DNA from: the human T2T-CHM13v2.0 reference genome, Homo sapiens
Length of the DNA stretch: 64,000 nt
Strand: one strand, 5' to 3'
Assembly (NCBI RefSeq): GCF_009914755.1
Contig: NC_060927.1
Notes under the pieces: generated by a model
The model's input: the letters and a program-made list of their open reading frames with translations, nothing else
The model's database searches: none
Told to the model about the DNA's origin: nothing
Translations under genes and position numbers: made by a program
Shown: positions 32,153-44,870 of the stretch, piece after piece
Layout: every line of letters starts with the position of its first letter
How positions within the stretch are numbered: position 1 is the stretch's first letter

Positions 32153-32263
32153 TTCTGGCACTCCCTAGTGAGATGAACCCGGTACCTCAGACCCTAAAAC
32201 TTAAAGTATAATAAAAAAAAAAAAAAAAAAAAAGTTACACCAAAAAAAAAAAAGAAAAAAAAA
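32153..32263 (+). mobile_element. Micro-insertion of a young L1 (L1PA2/L1PA3/pre-Ta-like) with an inverted 5'UTR piece
   Basis: TSD aagaaaaaagctcct at 32138-32152 and 32264-32278; antisense L1 5'UTR at 32153-32190; L1 3' terminus accctaaaacttaaagtataat at 32191-32212; poly-A. Confidence 0.9.
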
Positions 32264-33419
32264 AAGAAAAAAGCTCCTACAATTTTTGACATTTCTTATG
32301 GTTCAAAGGCAATGATGAACAGCATAGCTTTAGATGTGAAAAGCTGTAATAGATTTTCTGTAGAGTCTGAATCTATGAATCCTCAAATTTCTGCCCAGAA
32401 AGTCCCAGGACTCACTGGACAACCAGGTACCATAATTAAAGAAAAATTTAAGAATAAACAAATGACTGTACAAAAAGATTAGATGTATTATCACTTATCT
32501 GAAATACTTCCATACACTTTATCGCAATATATTTAGTTATGATATTATTCTCAGTGACTCACAGCCATTCTCATTTAACAGGCCATTGATGGAGAAGAGC
32601 CCAGGGGGGAAAAAAAAGCAAATTCACAGGATGGCCAGGGTTGTTATTTCATATGGAATAAGGTCAACATCTTGTTAATGGGCGGAGTATGCCTTCTTCA
32701 TTTAAGACAAAACACTGATGCCTTGGGAAGATACTTGCTGTCATGAGGCATATTTGTTATTAGGTTATTCTGAAAGATGCCATGTCAGTCCATACTGAAA
32801 AAGAGAATGAACTGGAATAAAAGCATGCGGATCTTCCCCTAGTTCTCTAAACTAGATCATACTTCTCCATGCTAGAGAAAACCAGCTAGATTACACTCTG
32901 GCTGAAGCCTGAGGAGGCAGAGTTTACAAGACACAAGAGTGCTGGGGGCCAAATTAAGGGGTAGTAAAAAAGTAAAAGAGATAACCCTTAAAAGGGAGCT
33001 CTTGGAAGAGAGTTTTCTTTCATGGAGTTAGGGATGAAGGAGAACGCTTTATGAAGGTTTAAATGTACAGCTCTTACCTCTCTCAACCCTGCTCCACCGC
33101 ACTACAAGAACATAAATTAATTAGACACGAAGCCAAAACCCCTAGTCCTCCTCCTGTGCACTGTTTAGGGACACTTACTAAAGTCTTCAGCAAAAGAACC
33201 ATTTAAACATGAATCAATGTTTCAAATATGTTAGGTCTAGTGAAGGCCACTTCCCAGTGGTATTCAGAAAGGGGACAATATTTAATTCAAGGTGTGGTGG
33301 CTCTGCCAACCTCAAGAGCTCTAACCTAAAAGAATGAATTCCACAATCCTTCCTTCACAAGGATAAAAAGAGCACCCTTGACTTTGGAAGGATGATGGTG
33401 ATGATGATTATTAAAATCA

Positions 33420-33684
33420 GTTTGCTTTGAGGTGCTCACTACAGTTTACCAAGCCCTGCTCTAAGCTCTTCACAATACTTTACAATGAAATATTCATATT
33501 TAATATTCACAAAAATTCTATGAGGTAGATCCTATTGTTAATACCATTTAAAAGATGAGGAAATTGAGGCAAGAAGTGGTTAAGTACTTGCTTAAGGTCA
33601 CAAAGCTAGTCAGTGGTAGAGAATTTGAACACAGTCCATGAATCTCTAGAACTCCTGCTCTTGGTCCATGTGTTATACTGCCTC
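33420..33684 (-). mobile_element. MIR SINE, near full-length
   Basis: ctatgaggtagat...agatgaggaaattgaggc...ggttaagtacttgcttaaggtcacaaagctagt...tatactgcctc. Confidence 0.9.
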
Positions 33685-34059
33685 TTTTGCTGTTGTTGAC
33701 AAAAGTCCACTACAGCCATGCTACATTTGAGAGGATCAAATGCAATATTGAGGCTGAACTAAAGTCATACCCCGAGAAAGAATGCAGTTCATACCTATAT
33801 CTTTTCAAAGATGGCGAGGAATAGAATTATCTCTCTAAACAATTTACTTTCCTCTTAAAACAAAGCTTTGGTCTTAAGCCACCTTCTCTGCTAACATATA
33901 AAATGCAGAGAGAGATGCACCTATCAAAGGTGCTTTGATTTCAGATATATAAAACACAACTAGACACTAGTTTCACACGGGAGAAATGATAAAACAAGTA
34001 TCTATTTTCTATGTAATTTAAAGTTAACTTGTATTCTTCTCAAAACATGCCCCAATATA

Positions 34060-34104
34060 TTAGGTTGGTGTAAAAGTAATTGCAGTTTTGCCATTAAAAG
34101 TAAT
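34060..34104. mobile_element. MADE1 (Hsmar1-derived MITE), one arm plus centre only
   Basis: TA followed by ttaggttggtgtaaaagtaattgcagttttgccattaaaagtaat; second arm absent. Confidence 0.88.
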
Positions 34105-34106
34105 TA

Positions 34107-34176
34107 TTTTGGAGGTTTTGTTTATTGTTGTTGGTGGGCTTTTCTCAACAACAACAATAAATTAAAACCTCCAAAA
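34107..34176. repeat. Near-perfect inverted repeat, 27/28-bp arms, 15-nt loop
   Basis: ttttggaggttttgtttattgttgttg ... caacaacaataaattaaaacctccaaaa. Confidence 0.92.
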
Positions 34177-34279
34177 CCATGACAATATAGAACATGTCCA
34201 TAAAGATGAAAAGAACTAAAGAGCAGGTGTAAGAGACAGAATTCGAAGACTCATAGAGTTACAGCTACAAGAGACCTGA

Positions 34280-34398
34280 GTGAGACTTCAGAGGGTAAAG
34301 TCAAATGACTTTTCCAAGTTCCCAAGTCTGACTTGTGCAAAAATTCAAGGTTCCTGGCACCCAGCCCAGTTTTCATTCCAGTGTATCACACAGCCTCC
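34280..34398 (-). mobile_element. MIR fragment
   Basis: gagacttcagaggg...aaatgacttttccaagttccca...tcacacagcctcc. Confidence 0.55.
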
Positions 34399-37300
34399 CT
34401 GAAACACAAACCACTAGACATATGGCAAAGAAGCAAGCAAGGGAGCTATGCCACATGAATGGCCAGATTGTTGAGGAAAGAGGGGTGGGGGCTAGGAGTA
34501 AAGGCCTGAAGGATAATATGGTTTTACAGAAATCTATTTGCAAGTAGATACTGCGGTTACCAATGTGGCTGCCCAAGAGAAAGAACAACTGACTGACAGC
34601 AGGAACAAAGGCATGGACAGTCTCACAAAGAGAGACACAAGAGTCACAGTGCTTCGTGTATATCACGAATACACTTCATCAAGTTGAGACCAAGAATAAC
34701 AGTGAGGAAAAGCCCACCATACACAAGGGCCCCTTTATTCTTGGGGCTTTGCTGTTTCACACACACTTTACCTGAGGAAACATTAGACCTTTTGCTTCCA
34801 TTTCTGTGGGATCCTTTTGATTTTTCCACATTTAACTAGCACATTTCATGACTATTTAGTGTTCCTATTTTTTTGCAAATTAATGTTCTGTGTACGCTGA
34901 TGACATATTCGGAAGTTAATGAAATCAGATGAAAATCGCTTAGATTAAAATTTCCCCATTTCTTCACTACCCTGTATGCCACCTACTGTTCAGCCACAAA
35001 ATACCGCAGCTCATGCATCAACAAAACTTCATATTAATATTCTCTAAGGTGGAAAGACTCTATTAGCCATTTTTTTCCCTCCTGTCCTTTGCTTCCAACT
35101 GTGTTTAGCTTTGAAACCCTCTGACAAATGGCCATTATTCTCTGGGCTACTAAAAAATTTCTAAACTTTAGGGGAAATGTATTTGGTCCAAAGCCCAAGG
35201 GAATAGGCTTGTTGAATTAAATGATAAATATATGCATTTAAGGTCATTAGAGACTTTATCTCCTGTGAAGGCTATATTTGTCAGATTGATATAATTTCTC
35301 TCAACTGAGTACTTAACTCCATCGGCCAACATTATTACAATTATTCCTTTCCCTTTAAGTGGGAGACTTCTGGCTAACAACACGTGCGCTCTTTCTGGTG
35401 CTGCTTCTTGAGCGATCAAGGCACACCTTTGTTTCATTTAGTATGCAATTTTCACCTCTGACCCAAGAAATGAGTCCTGGGCTTCCTGAACTTTATTGCC
35501 TGTTAATAGACTGCTGGCTCTCTTTTCAGCAGTAATAGAAATGGTGGAGAGGCATTTCATTTAAGAGGCTGGCAGACTGCAGCCTGAAAGACAATGTCAG
35601 AATTAAAAGTCAGCCTGGCCGAAAAACTGTATAAAGACCACAGTGACATGAAAGAGGAAGTTTTCCATATTCCACCCCGAGACTGAACACGCAGTATATA
35701 AATAAGAACAGCATCCCGGATCTCATTATTTTCCCACCGCACAATGGCAGACACTCTGAATGGTGCTAAGTGATTGATCTAGTAATTCATCTTCAACTTA
35801 CACCTATCTACATATTTTGTTTCTCCTCATTAAACTGGAGACATCAGTGACAAACTTATGAAGTGGTAGTCTTTGGCTTCATAAAATACACACAGATGCT
35901 CATCAGAGGCTCTTTCCTGCTTGCTTCTTAGTGACACATGTTTATAATTTTGTCTGTATTGCGTTTGCTGTGGTTTACTCTTAAGTACATCTGTTCAATT
36001 AAAATGGGAACGTGTGACATGGCCTGTACTCAGCAACTTTTGAGCTTGTTAATGAAATGTTCTAAGGTTCCTGCCTTAGCTCTTTATTTGCAAAAGGGTT
36101 TCATTCCACAGAGTTCCAATGATTGAAAAGTACAAATAAAAATACCCTTTAAAACACATAGAAAGAAGTCGACTGTTTTGTTAATAGTTAAGAAAGGACA
36201 TTATTACTGCATAAGGACATTATTTTACATGAAAAGACATTATCAAAAATGATTTACTGCCTCATGTTTGGAAACTTACAGGAAAAGTCTGATAATATAT
36301 TAAACTTGTTTATTACAGCTTCATATAATTTTAAATAATACTACTTTTTCCTTTGACAAGTGCAATAAACTCTACTGGTATAGACATAGGTTGATTATCA
36401 CGAGTCAACTGTGTGCTTAAAGAAACATGCCCAAACAATCAGCTTTTGACGGCTGCATCTCCCGTTATTTACACTCACCATCATGGTAATAACTCACCAT
36501 TTCTATATTAATAAGGCAGTGAAATTTATTATGATGGCATTGAAAAGTTATTAAGTACTGCATCCCAAGTGACAAAGTACCACAGCACTGTCACTATCCA
36601 AAAGCAGTTGCCCATTCATCACCTGCCTTTCCAGATGGTCCTGCATCTTTATCGCTCCCAGGTTGGTGACATCACCTGTTCACCCACTCAAAATTGATGA
36701 TGAAAGCAAACAGATCTATCTTACTTACATTTACCAAATCAATTTAATTTTTACAGGCCATGGCTTGGTGACATATTGACTGTTTTCCTTAATGGCATCT
36801 ACCGTATTTAATGCAAGGATGTCATCTTTGATTCCTGGCTTGCATAATGTGTCATTTCATAATAAATGTTTTCTAACATATTTACTTAATGGAAAGAATT
36901 ATGATTGCTTGTCAGTTCTCTTATTAAACATAATGATAATTCTTTTTCTTCTTGAGTATCATCCATTGGGCAAGAAATCTATTTTTATCTCTCCTTGTCT
37001 CTTACAGGAGATAATGACTTGGATATAAAGTAAGCTCTAGGCAAGTGTTAGACATACCGCTGACCCTTCTCAATCCTGGGGCTCAGTGTAAGGGTTTTAT
37101 CTTATTTATTTGTTACTATAGAAGAACTATAGTCTTAAGGGATGCTCTAATTAACACATCAGCAATAGCTAAAGACGGATATGAAATAGCATTGCAAAAG
37201 GATAACAGACGTAAAACTGATTTTAACAGTTCATATGATGTTTAATCTTTACTTCCCTGGGCTAGTATAGTCGCTTCTCTTCAGCTAGTGACTCTATATC

Positions 37301-40300
37301 GAGTGCATGTTAAAATACATATCTGTGTTGTAAAAGTTAAGATGCAGGTACAGAGACTAGTCTACTGACTATCCGATACTCACATGTGACACCTCCTTTC
37401 CCCAAGTATGATTTATAGATCCCATCTGCTGCTCTTTGGAACAAATGCTTCTCTGACCTGTGTCACCATGGCATTGTGGTACATTTCTATTACCTAAGGG
37501 AATTAGCAATTAGATTTACTTTTGGAGATGAAGGCAAAATGGCATCAAGCTTCTGTATTTCTATTTAATATCCATACTATATGGGTATGTTCTGGGGCAA
37601 TATTCCTGACTCATTCCTCACCAGTGCTTATATTCAGAGAGGTGTGGGAGTCCAGAGGGAAAATCAGTATGTGGTCTCCCTGCCCTCTAAGCCCCCACCT
37701 GTGCAAGTAAATGTGTATGCAAGTAAAAACAACATCAAATAAACTCCAAGTGACACTCTAAAGAGAAAAATTGGGAAAGGGTCTGTGACAAAGGAAAACT
37801 GAGTAATCTAAGGTGTGTGTTTCTGTTTCTTTAGGTATTTATCTATCAAGCATCTATTTCTTTAGATATCATGACCTAGCCAAGAGAAGCCTTAGTAAGG
37901 TAATGGAGAGAGAGGACTGGAAAAGGTTAACCGGCTTCAGCTCTACACTGCTGACTTAGACTGACAGCAATTGCGTTCCTTCTCTTGCTCTCTGGTTCTC
38001 TCAAACAGTGTTACTGTAGCTAATCTCTCCCCACCCTTCATTAAGGCTAGATGAGGTCTGGAATGACCTTCAGATTTATCTTGCCCTATACTGAACTGGT
38101 TGGGTCCCAGGGTTGGTGACTTCCTGGGGAGATTCCAGGAAGATGGAAGAACTCCACACAGGATCACTCTCCATCTGTGCTCCTACTGTTTAGTCTCAAT
38201 CACGTGAGCAGAAATTTATATGTCAACAACAGCACTCTAGGATGGCTTATATCCCTTTGGAAACCAGGTCCAGGATTTCCTACATCCCTATAATTGCAAT
38301 AATACTACCTCAAACTAGGAAAAAAAAAACTTGAGTTCAAAGCCAGGTAACCTGCTCCTACCCGTACAGTACATTCACATAAGGAGACTCATACTCATCT
38401 GAAAAAATGCTTCATGTTCATCTGTGATTAGTTTATCCTAATTCATTAGTCAGAGTCTTTCCCTTAGGTGAGGCTTCCAGGAAAACAGGGATTCAGGCCA
38501 GTAGTGTTGCGAGACCAACAAGAAATACCTTTTTTTGAGGGCAGCTGGCCTCTGTGCCAGGGTGGAGATTCTATGCTGGCATCACACACCTGCTGAATTC
38601 TTACCACAAGAATCTAAACAACGAAAAAAGAAAAAACAAATCATGCACACCTGTGGCTGCCAACCAGTGAGGTTTCATTGCCATGCCATGCACACCTGGG
38701 AAGCCTGTGAGGTCAGCTGCAGTGTCAGAGGAAAACAACACTCTCAGCCAGTTGGTAGGAGGCACAAAGCATCCATCTCCCATGGGTCTGTGACATGAAC
38801 TGACTGGCCAATAGCCATAGAAAGTACATACACACACATCTTCTATGAAAGGAAAACCCTAAGTGTAGGCATGGCAAGAATAAAAGAGATTTCAGAGCAG
38901 AGGCTAACTGTAATCATTATCTGCTGCGCACTGTGCCCCCAGGAAGAAGGAGTCTTCTTGCATCAACTCTTAGGTCCTCCTTTATTAGCCAAATCCAGTC
39001 GCTGGGTAACCCAGAGAATAGAAAAAGACTATATTGAATAAGTGTCTCTGTATGACTGAAAAAACAGAAATGCAGAGTGCTGGATTATGAGGAGAGTGAG
39101 AATTTTGAGAGGAGAGAGTCTGAAAGCAGCACCTGCTGGATGTGTGAGATACTGAAAGACTAAGAAAGTGAATTGCAGAAATATACAGGGATAGTGGATT
39201 TAAGTTTTGCATAACATTAGTCATGGAATTCCCCTGTGATGTTTCTAGAAAAGATGTGATTTGGTTTTTAATTTTTTTTTTGTGGGGGTAGGCAGAAGTT
39301 GATGGACCTTAAACAATTTTTTTTGTAGTTACTGCCAAGGTGTAACTATAAGGCACCCAGATTTATATGCTTACCTAAAGAAAGCATCAGGTATCAAATA
39401 CAGTACTGGTCGATTCCAAAATGATAAATATTTAAAAGCAAGAAGGCATGTGTATTTGCCTGTGTGTGTCGTAGGGGATGGTATACAAGATTGTGCAGTG
39501 TGGGTTCTAGAAACATTGTTTCTGTATCAGGTGACATTCTATGGCTGACTTCCTAGGATTAGATTAAGAAGTATCAACAAATTATTTTCTGTATCTTCAG
39601 CAGCACTCTACTGGTGGAATAAAAGTCGGGTCTGAAAGCTGGTGGAATAAATGCTCAACAGTGTAAAGGGGCTGGATCTGCAAGTAGTCTATTGGCAGTG
39701 GGTGGCATGGCCAACAATAATACAATTAACTTTCAATTGTTCTTGAAGCTGATTGTCTGGTTCCTAGGCATGTATATTCCTCTGAGAAGATACCTGTGAG
39801 ATCTCCTTAGGTCATGTGGACCCAGCTCACACTATGCTGTGGAGCACTTCAGTGAGATAAGCTATTTCTATGAAATGTTTGCTTTACCGTCCATCAGTGC
39901 AAGCATCTTTTTTAAACAAAGGTACTGTCAAATTTCTTGTGCTTTATGAACATCTTATATCGAATATCAACTTTAAAGACGTAGTTTTTGGTGTCTATTT
40001 GCACACGTCTCTTTATATTATTCCTTGTTCTAATGATAGTTGACCAATTCTTGCCCTTTGTGATTTTTTAGCTTGACAATTCTACTAATTAACATGCAGA
40101 AAATAATCTTAAAAAGCACACAATATTTTACCAATCTTCAGTTTCGGTTACATCATGAAAGACCAAAAGAGGTTCTAGGGCAAAAGTGAGCATAGTATTT
40201 ATCTACTGAATTTGCCTATAGCTGAAATAATTCATTTTAAAAATCACTACCTTGGACAGAATTATGTATAAAGAGAAGCATTTTATCAAAATGATTGTAT

Positions 40301-41264
40301 GATTCTATCAATGTAAATAAACTTTGAGATGTTAAGATACTACATTAATAAAAATTTTTATTTATCATTCAAATGGAAGAGTGTACAGTTCCCCTCCTAC
40401 TCCCCATTTTTTCATGCTACCTACTTATCATTATTGGAACAAATTCTCTTCATGTTGCTACCTTCATTTGATGAAACAACTAGGGAGCAAAGAAGCTGAA
40501 CCAACTCCTATCCTTCTAAGATAGATTTGAATTGGTTATTTCCTATTACTTCTCACTGCTTCTTAATTTATCCTCAAGGAAAAAGCATAGAGAATAGAAT
40601 ATTCTGATGCAGTGGTCTCAATTAAGTATTCTAGAATATTAAGCATCATAAAGAATCTCTGTCCCTATAATTGCCAAATCCTAGACAACTGTCAAAACTA
40701 TTAAAAGAGGCTCTTTCCTGAATATTTTATTGTGAGTTTTACTATTGACTTAGTGGCCAAAGAGGGAAGCAATAATCATGCAAGTATGGGGGTTAATAAT
40801 AAGAAAGAAACTCATGAGGGTTTGTTTTGGGATAAACAATTTATATGAGGTTTCCTAACCGGAAGACAAATCACCCAACATTCCTTTGAAAAACGATTGA
40901 TTCACATTCAAATTCTGGTTGATCACCAAGGCAGACAGAGCAAAACAGAAGACTCCTCATACTTGAGGAAATTTTCTTAAATTTGGACATCAGACTTTTC
41001 CACTTCACCAACTTCACTTTGGAAGTACTAGAGGTTGCCCAAACAGCAGTAAGAGTAATAGACATGCTGGACTTCATTGACATCTTTCATAGAAGAAAGA
41101 ATAAGGCAAGCAAGCCTCATGGTATGGACAGAGCATATGTGAATGTAGGAAAGGGGACAGCTGACCTTTCCATAAGAAAGAAGGTCCCTCTTGAGCCCAG
41201 GCCAAAACCAGAGACAGTCCATGGTGCTTCTGGAGGGTAAATGTCTATAAACTTGATTGCAGCC

Positions 41265-41571
41265 TTTTTTTTTTTTTTTTTTTTTTGAGACAGGGTCTTG
41301 CTTTGTTGCCCAGGCTGGAATGCATTAGGATGAATACGGCTCACTGCATCCTTGACCTCCTGGGTTCAAGCAATCTTCCTGCCTCAGTCTCCCAAGTAGC
41401 TGGGACTACACATATGTGTCACCATGCCAGCCTAATTTTTAATTTATTTTTTGTAAAAATGGGGTCTCACTATGTTGCCCAGGCTGGTCTCAAACTCCTG
41501 GGCTCAAATGATTCTCCCACCTCAGCCACCCAAAGTGCTGGAATTACAGGCATGAACCACCTCACCCAGCC
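41265..41571 (-). mobile_element. AluJ SINE, full-length, antisense
   Basis: T22 tail, gagacagggtcttgc..., gtctcactatgttgcccaggctggtctcaaactcctgggctcaa, ends cccagcc. Confidence 0.95.
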
Positions 41572-42071
41572 TTCTTTTTTTATTTCATTATATTCTAAGA
41601 GAATCTGTAATATTTCCTTGGGCACTAATGACGTTCAAACTCAGGGTCCCATTAACTAATCTTCACTTCTCTTGGCATTTTCTCTGTTTTTAATTTCTCA
41701 CAAGATAAAATTGAATATCCAAACTATATTTACTATTTTAAAAACAATATTGCAAAGCTTAATAAATACTTTGTAATGTAGGCTTTTATAGTAATACACA
41801 TTTGTTATTATATTACATTTCTCTTTCTTAACTACACATCAAAGACAATCTTTTGGATAGCTGGTAGTCTTCCTCCTCATTTTAAAACCATTAAGACTTC
41901 ACTTCTTAGTTATCTAGTGTTAAGAGTATGCAACACGTCAAGTGCACTTGCTTTCTCATAAATAAATTAAACTTTTTCCCTGAAATAAATGCCAAACCAG
42001 TCAAAATTCATTTTGTGCCCAAGCCAACCTAAAGGGTCCTAGGGGAGAAATACTGTTATTCAAAGACATCT

Positions 42072-43634
42072 AGTGCAACTGGCATAAAAACATACACATA
42101 GACTGATGGAACCGAATAGAAAGCCGAGAAACAAAGCCACACATATACAGCCAACTGATCTTCAAGAAGGGTGCCAACAACACACAATGGAGAAAGGGTA
42201 GTCTCTTCAATAAATGGTGCTGAGAAAACTGAATATCTAACGCCAAAAAATAAAATTTGACCCTTACTTATCGCACACCATACAAAAAACTCAACTCAAA
42301 ATGGATTAAAGACTTAAACCTACAACCTGAAATCATAAAACTTACAGAGAAAAGTATAGGAGAAAGACTCCATGACATTGGTCTTGGCAATAATTTTTTT
42401 TAATATGACCCCAAAAGCATAGGCAATAAAAGCAAAAATAAACATGTGGGACTATATCTAACTAAAAATTTCTGCAAAGCAAAGGAAACAATCAACAAAA
42501 ACAAAGAAAACCTATGGAATGGGAGAAAATATTTGCAAACCATATATCTGGTAAGGGGCCAATATCCAAAAATATATAAGGAACTCATGCAACTCAATAG
42601 CAAAAAACATTAATAATAAAATAACTCAATTTAAATATGGGAAAAAGGACCTGAATAGATGTTTTTTCAAAGAAGACATACAATAGCGATCAAGTATATG
42701 AAATGATACTGAATATCACTAGTCATCATGGAAACGCAAATCAAAAAACCACAATGAGATATCACCTCTCAGCTGTTAGAATGACTGTTATTGGCGAAGA
42801 TGTGGAGAAAAGGGGCTCTTTATATACTGTTGGTAGGAATTTAAACTGGAATAGCCATTAGGGAATACAGTATAAACAGTCCTCAAAAAATTGAAAATAC
42901 AACTCCTTTATGATCCAGCAATCACACTTCTGTGTATATTTCCAAAGTAAATAAAATCGCCATCTCAATGAGATGTCTGCACTCACATAGTCATTGACTG
43001 CAACATTATCAACAGTAGCCAAAATATAGAAACAACCTGAATGCGAAGGATGAATCATTTTAAAATGTGGTACATACACAATGGAATACTATTTAGCTTT
43101 TTAAAAAGAAGAAAACCCTGCCATTTGGGACAATGTGGACAAACCTGGAGGATATTATGCTAAGTGAAATAAGCCAAACACAAAAAGACAAATACTGCAT
43201 GATTTCACTTATATGTGGAATCTAAAGTAAAAAATGATAGGAACAGAGAGTAGAATGGTTGTTCCCAAGAACTAGGAGGTAGGGGAAATGGGGAGATGTT
43301 GGTTAAAGGGTACAAACTGGCACTTGTAAGATGAATAAATTCTGGAGACCTAATATACAGCATTGTGTCTATAGTTAATAATAATGTATTGTATACATGA
43401 AATTTGCTAAGGGAGTAGATCTTAAGTATTTTCACTACACACACACACACACACACTCACACACACATAACTACATGAGGTGATGGGTATCTTAATTAGC
43501 TTGATTGTGGTAATCATTTTACAATGTATATGTATATCAAAACATCACGTTGTACACCTTGAATGTATACAATTATTATTTGCCAATTATACCTCAATAA
43601 AGCCAAAAAATAAAAAATAAAACAAACACAAAAA
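42072..43634 (+). mobile_element. L1MA9-like 5'-truncated LINE-1, ~1.56 kb
   Basis: Decayed ORF2 C-terminus (caataaatggtgctgagaaaactg); 3'UTR gtaagatgaataaattctggagacctaa...tagcttgattgtggtaatcatt...tacctcaataaagc. Confidence 0.9.
43437..43468. repeat. (CA)n microsatellite, one interruption, inside L1MA9
   Basis: Directly visible. Confidence 0.95.
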
Positions 43635-44619
43635 ATCTGTTGCATATGTCTAAAATCTCAAATTATTTCATTCTTCTTCATTATCAAGCACACATTATTT
43701 GTCAGCCTCCTGATGCTGACCACCGTTGTTAGGTATCTTAGAAGTGCAATGTTGCTGTTGTTGCCATTTTAATGAATATTCCTGTCTTAGTTAACATAGA
43801 TTGCCTGTTTCAATATGTAAGGTGTCACTGTAGAATCTAAAATCAAACTTAAAAGTGTGAGAACTATTTATTTTTAAAATGACACAAGGAAGCACATCTT
43901 CATTGTAATATCACATTTTAGGATTACATTGTTGGAACATAATGTATTGCCCAAGCATTGATTCAAAATTAGTTAATGAATTTCTGACTCCAGTGTAATC
44001 TGTTTCCACTATTCCTTTCCACCTATTTAACACAGCATAAGAGATATTCACTCTCTACTCATGTCATTATGTTCTATGTGTAAATGTATGTATGTTCGAA
44101 AGAAGAAAACTAAGTTCACAGCCAATATTTTAACTGATTAAACTAATTTGGAGCAATTCTGGCTGAGATGAACACAAAGCCGGGTCTGGCACATGACAGG
44201 TGCATCAACAACTGACTTATACTTGCAGAGTTTTGTAATGGCCAATGATAATAAAGATCAGCAAAGAAAATGTGCCACAAGGCAATATTTTAAAGAAGCA
44301 AACTTTTTACTTTTTTCAATGGCTTATCTCAGAGTATTACAAACTAAGCCACCTAAATTTTTCTTTCACGTAAACAAGAAGTTTGTGATCTCTCCTGAAC
44401 CCTCGTTTTCATTGTTAGTTAGAAAACGGTCAGTGCTTCCATTTCAAACCAACCCAGAGTCAAATAATTAGACCATCCAGAGATAACTGAACTTCTAGGA
44501 AACAAGAAATTGGAAAAAGAGCAATAACTTATAAAAATCAATCGATAAAATATAATAATTGGCTTTTGCCCTAATAACCCTATGCTAGATCTGCATTTTA
44601 GCCAAGCTGCTTCTGCTGT

Positions 44620-44870
44620 TGTCTTGTTAACATTTATTGGGTTCTTCTGCCAGCTCTGTGCTAAGCTCCTGACACACAATGTCACATTTTACCCTTACAA
44701 CAACTCTAATTGGTTAGATACAATTATTATTCCTACGTGACATGTAAATAAACTGAGGGGCAGATAATTAAAGTTTCCCAAATCACTCAAGCCCACAGGA
44801 CCCCTGAGGAGGACTTGAGACCAGGAAGTCTCACTCCAGAAGAAGCCTGTTTCCCACTGCTCCGCATGCA
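44620..44870 (-). mobile_element. MIR SINE
   Basis: tgccagctctgtgctaagc...cttacaacaactcta...aaactgaggggcaga. Confidence 0.75.

Noticed and set aside
36194-36244. Three spaced copies of aa(g)gacattat resembling a repeat-spacer array
   Set aside because: A short decayed tandem duplication in primate DNA, not CRISPR: no cas genes, wrong unit size.
38460-38830. Possible ERVL LTR (LTR33-like)
   Set aside because: Only faint resemblance; no termini or TSD identified.
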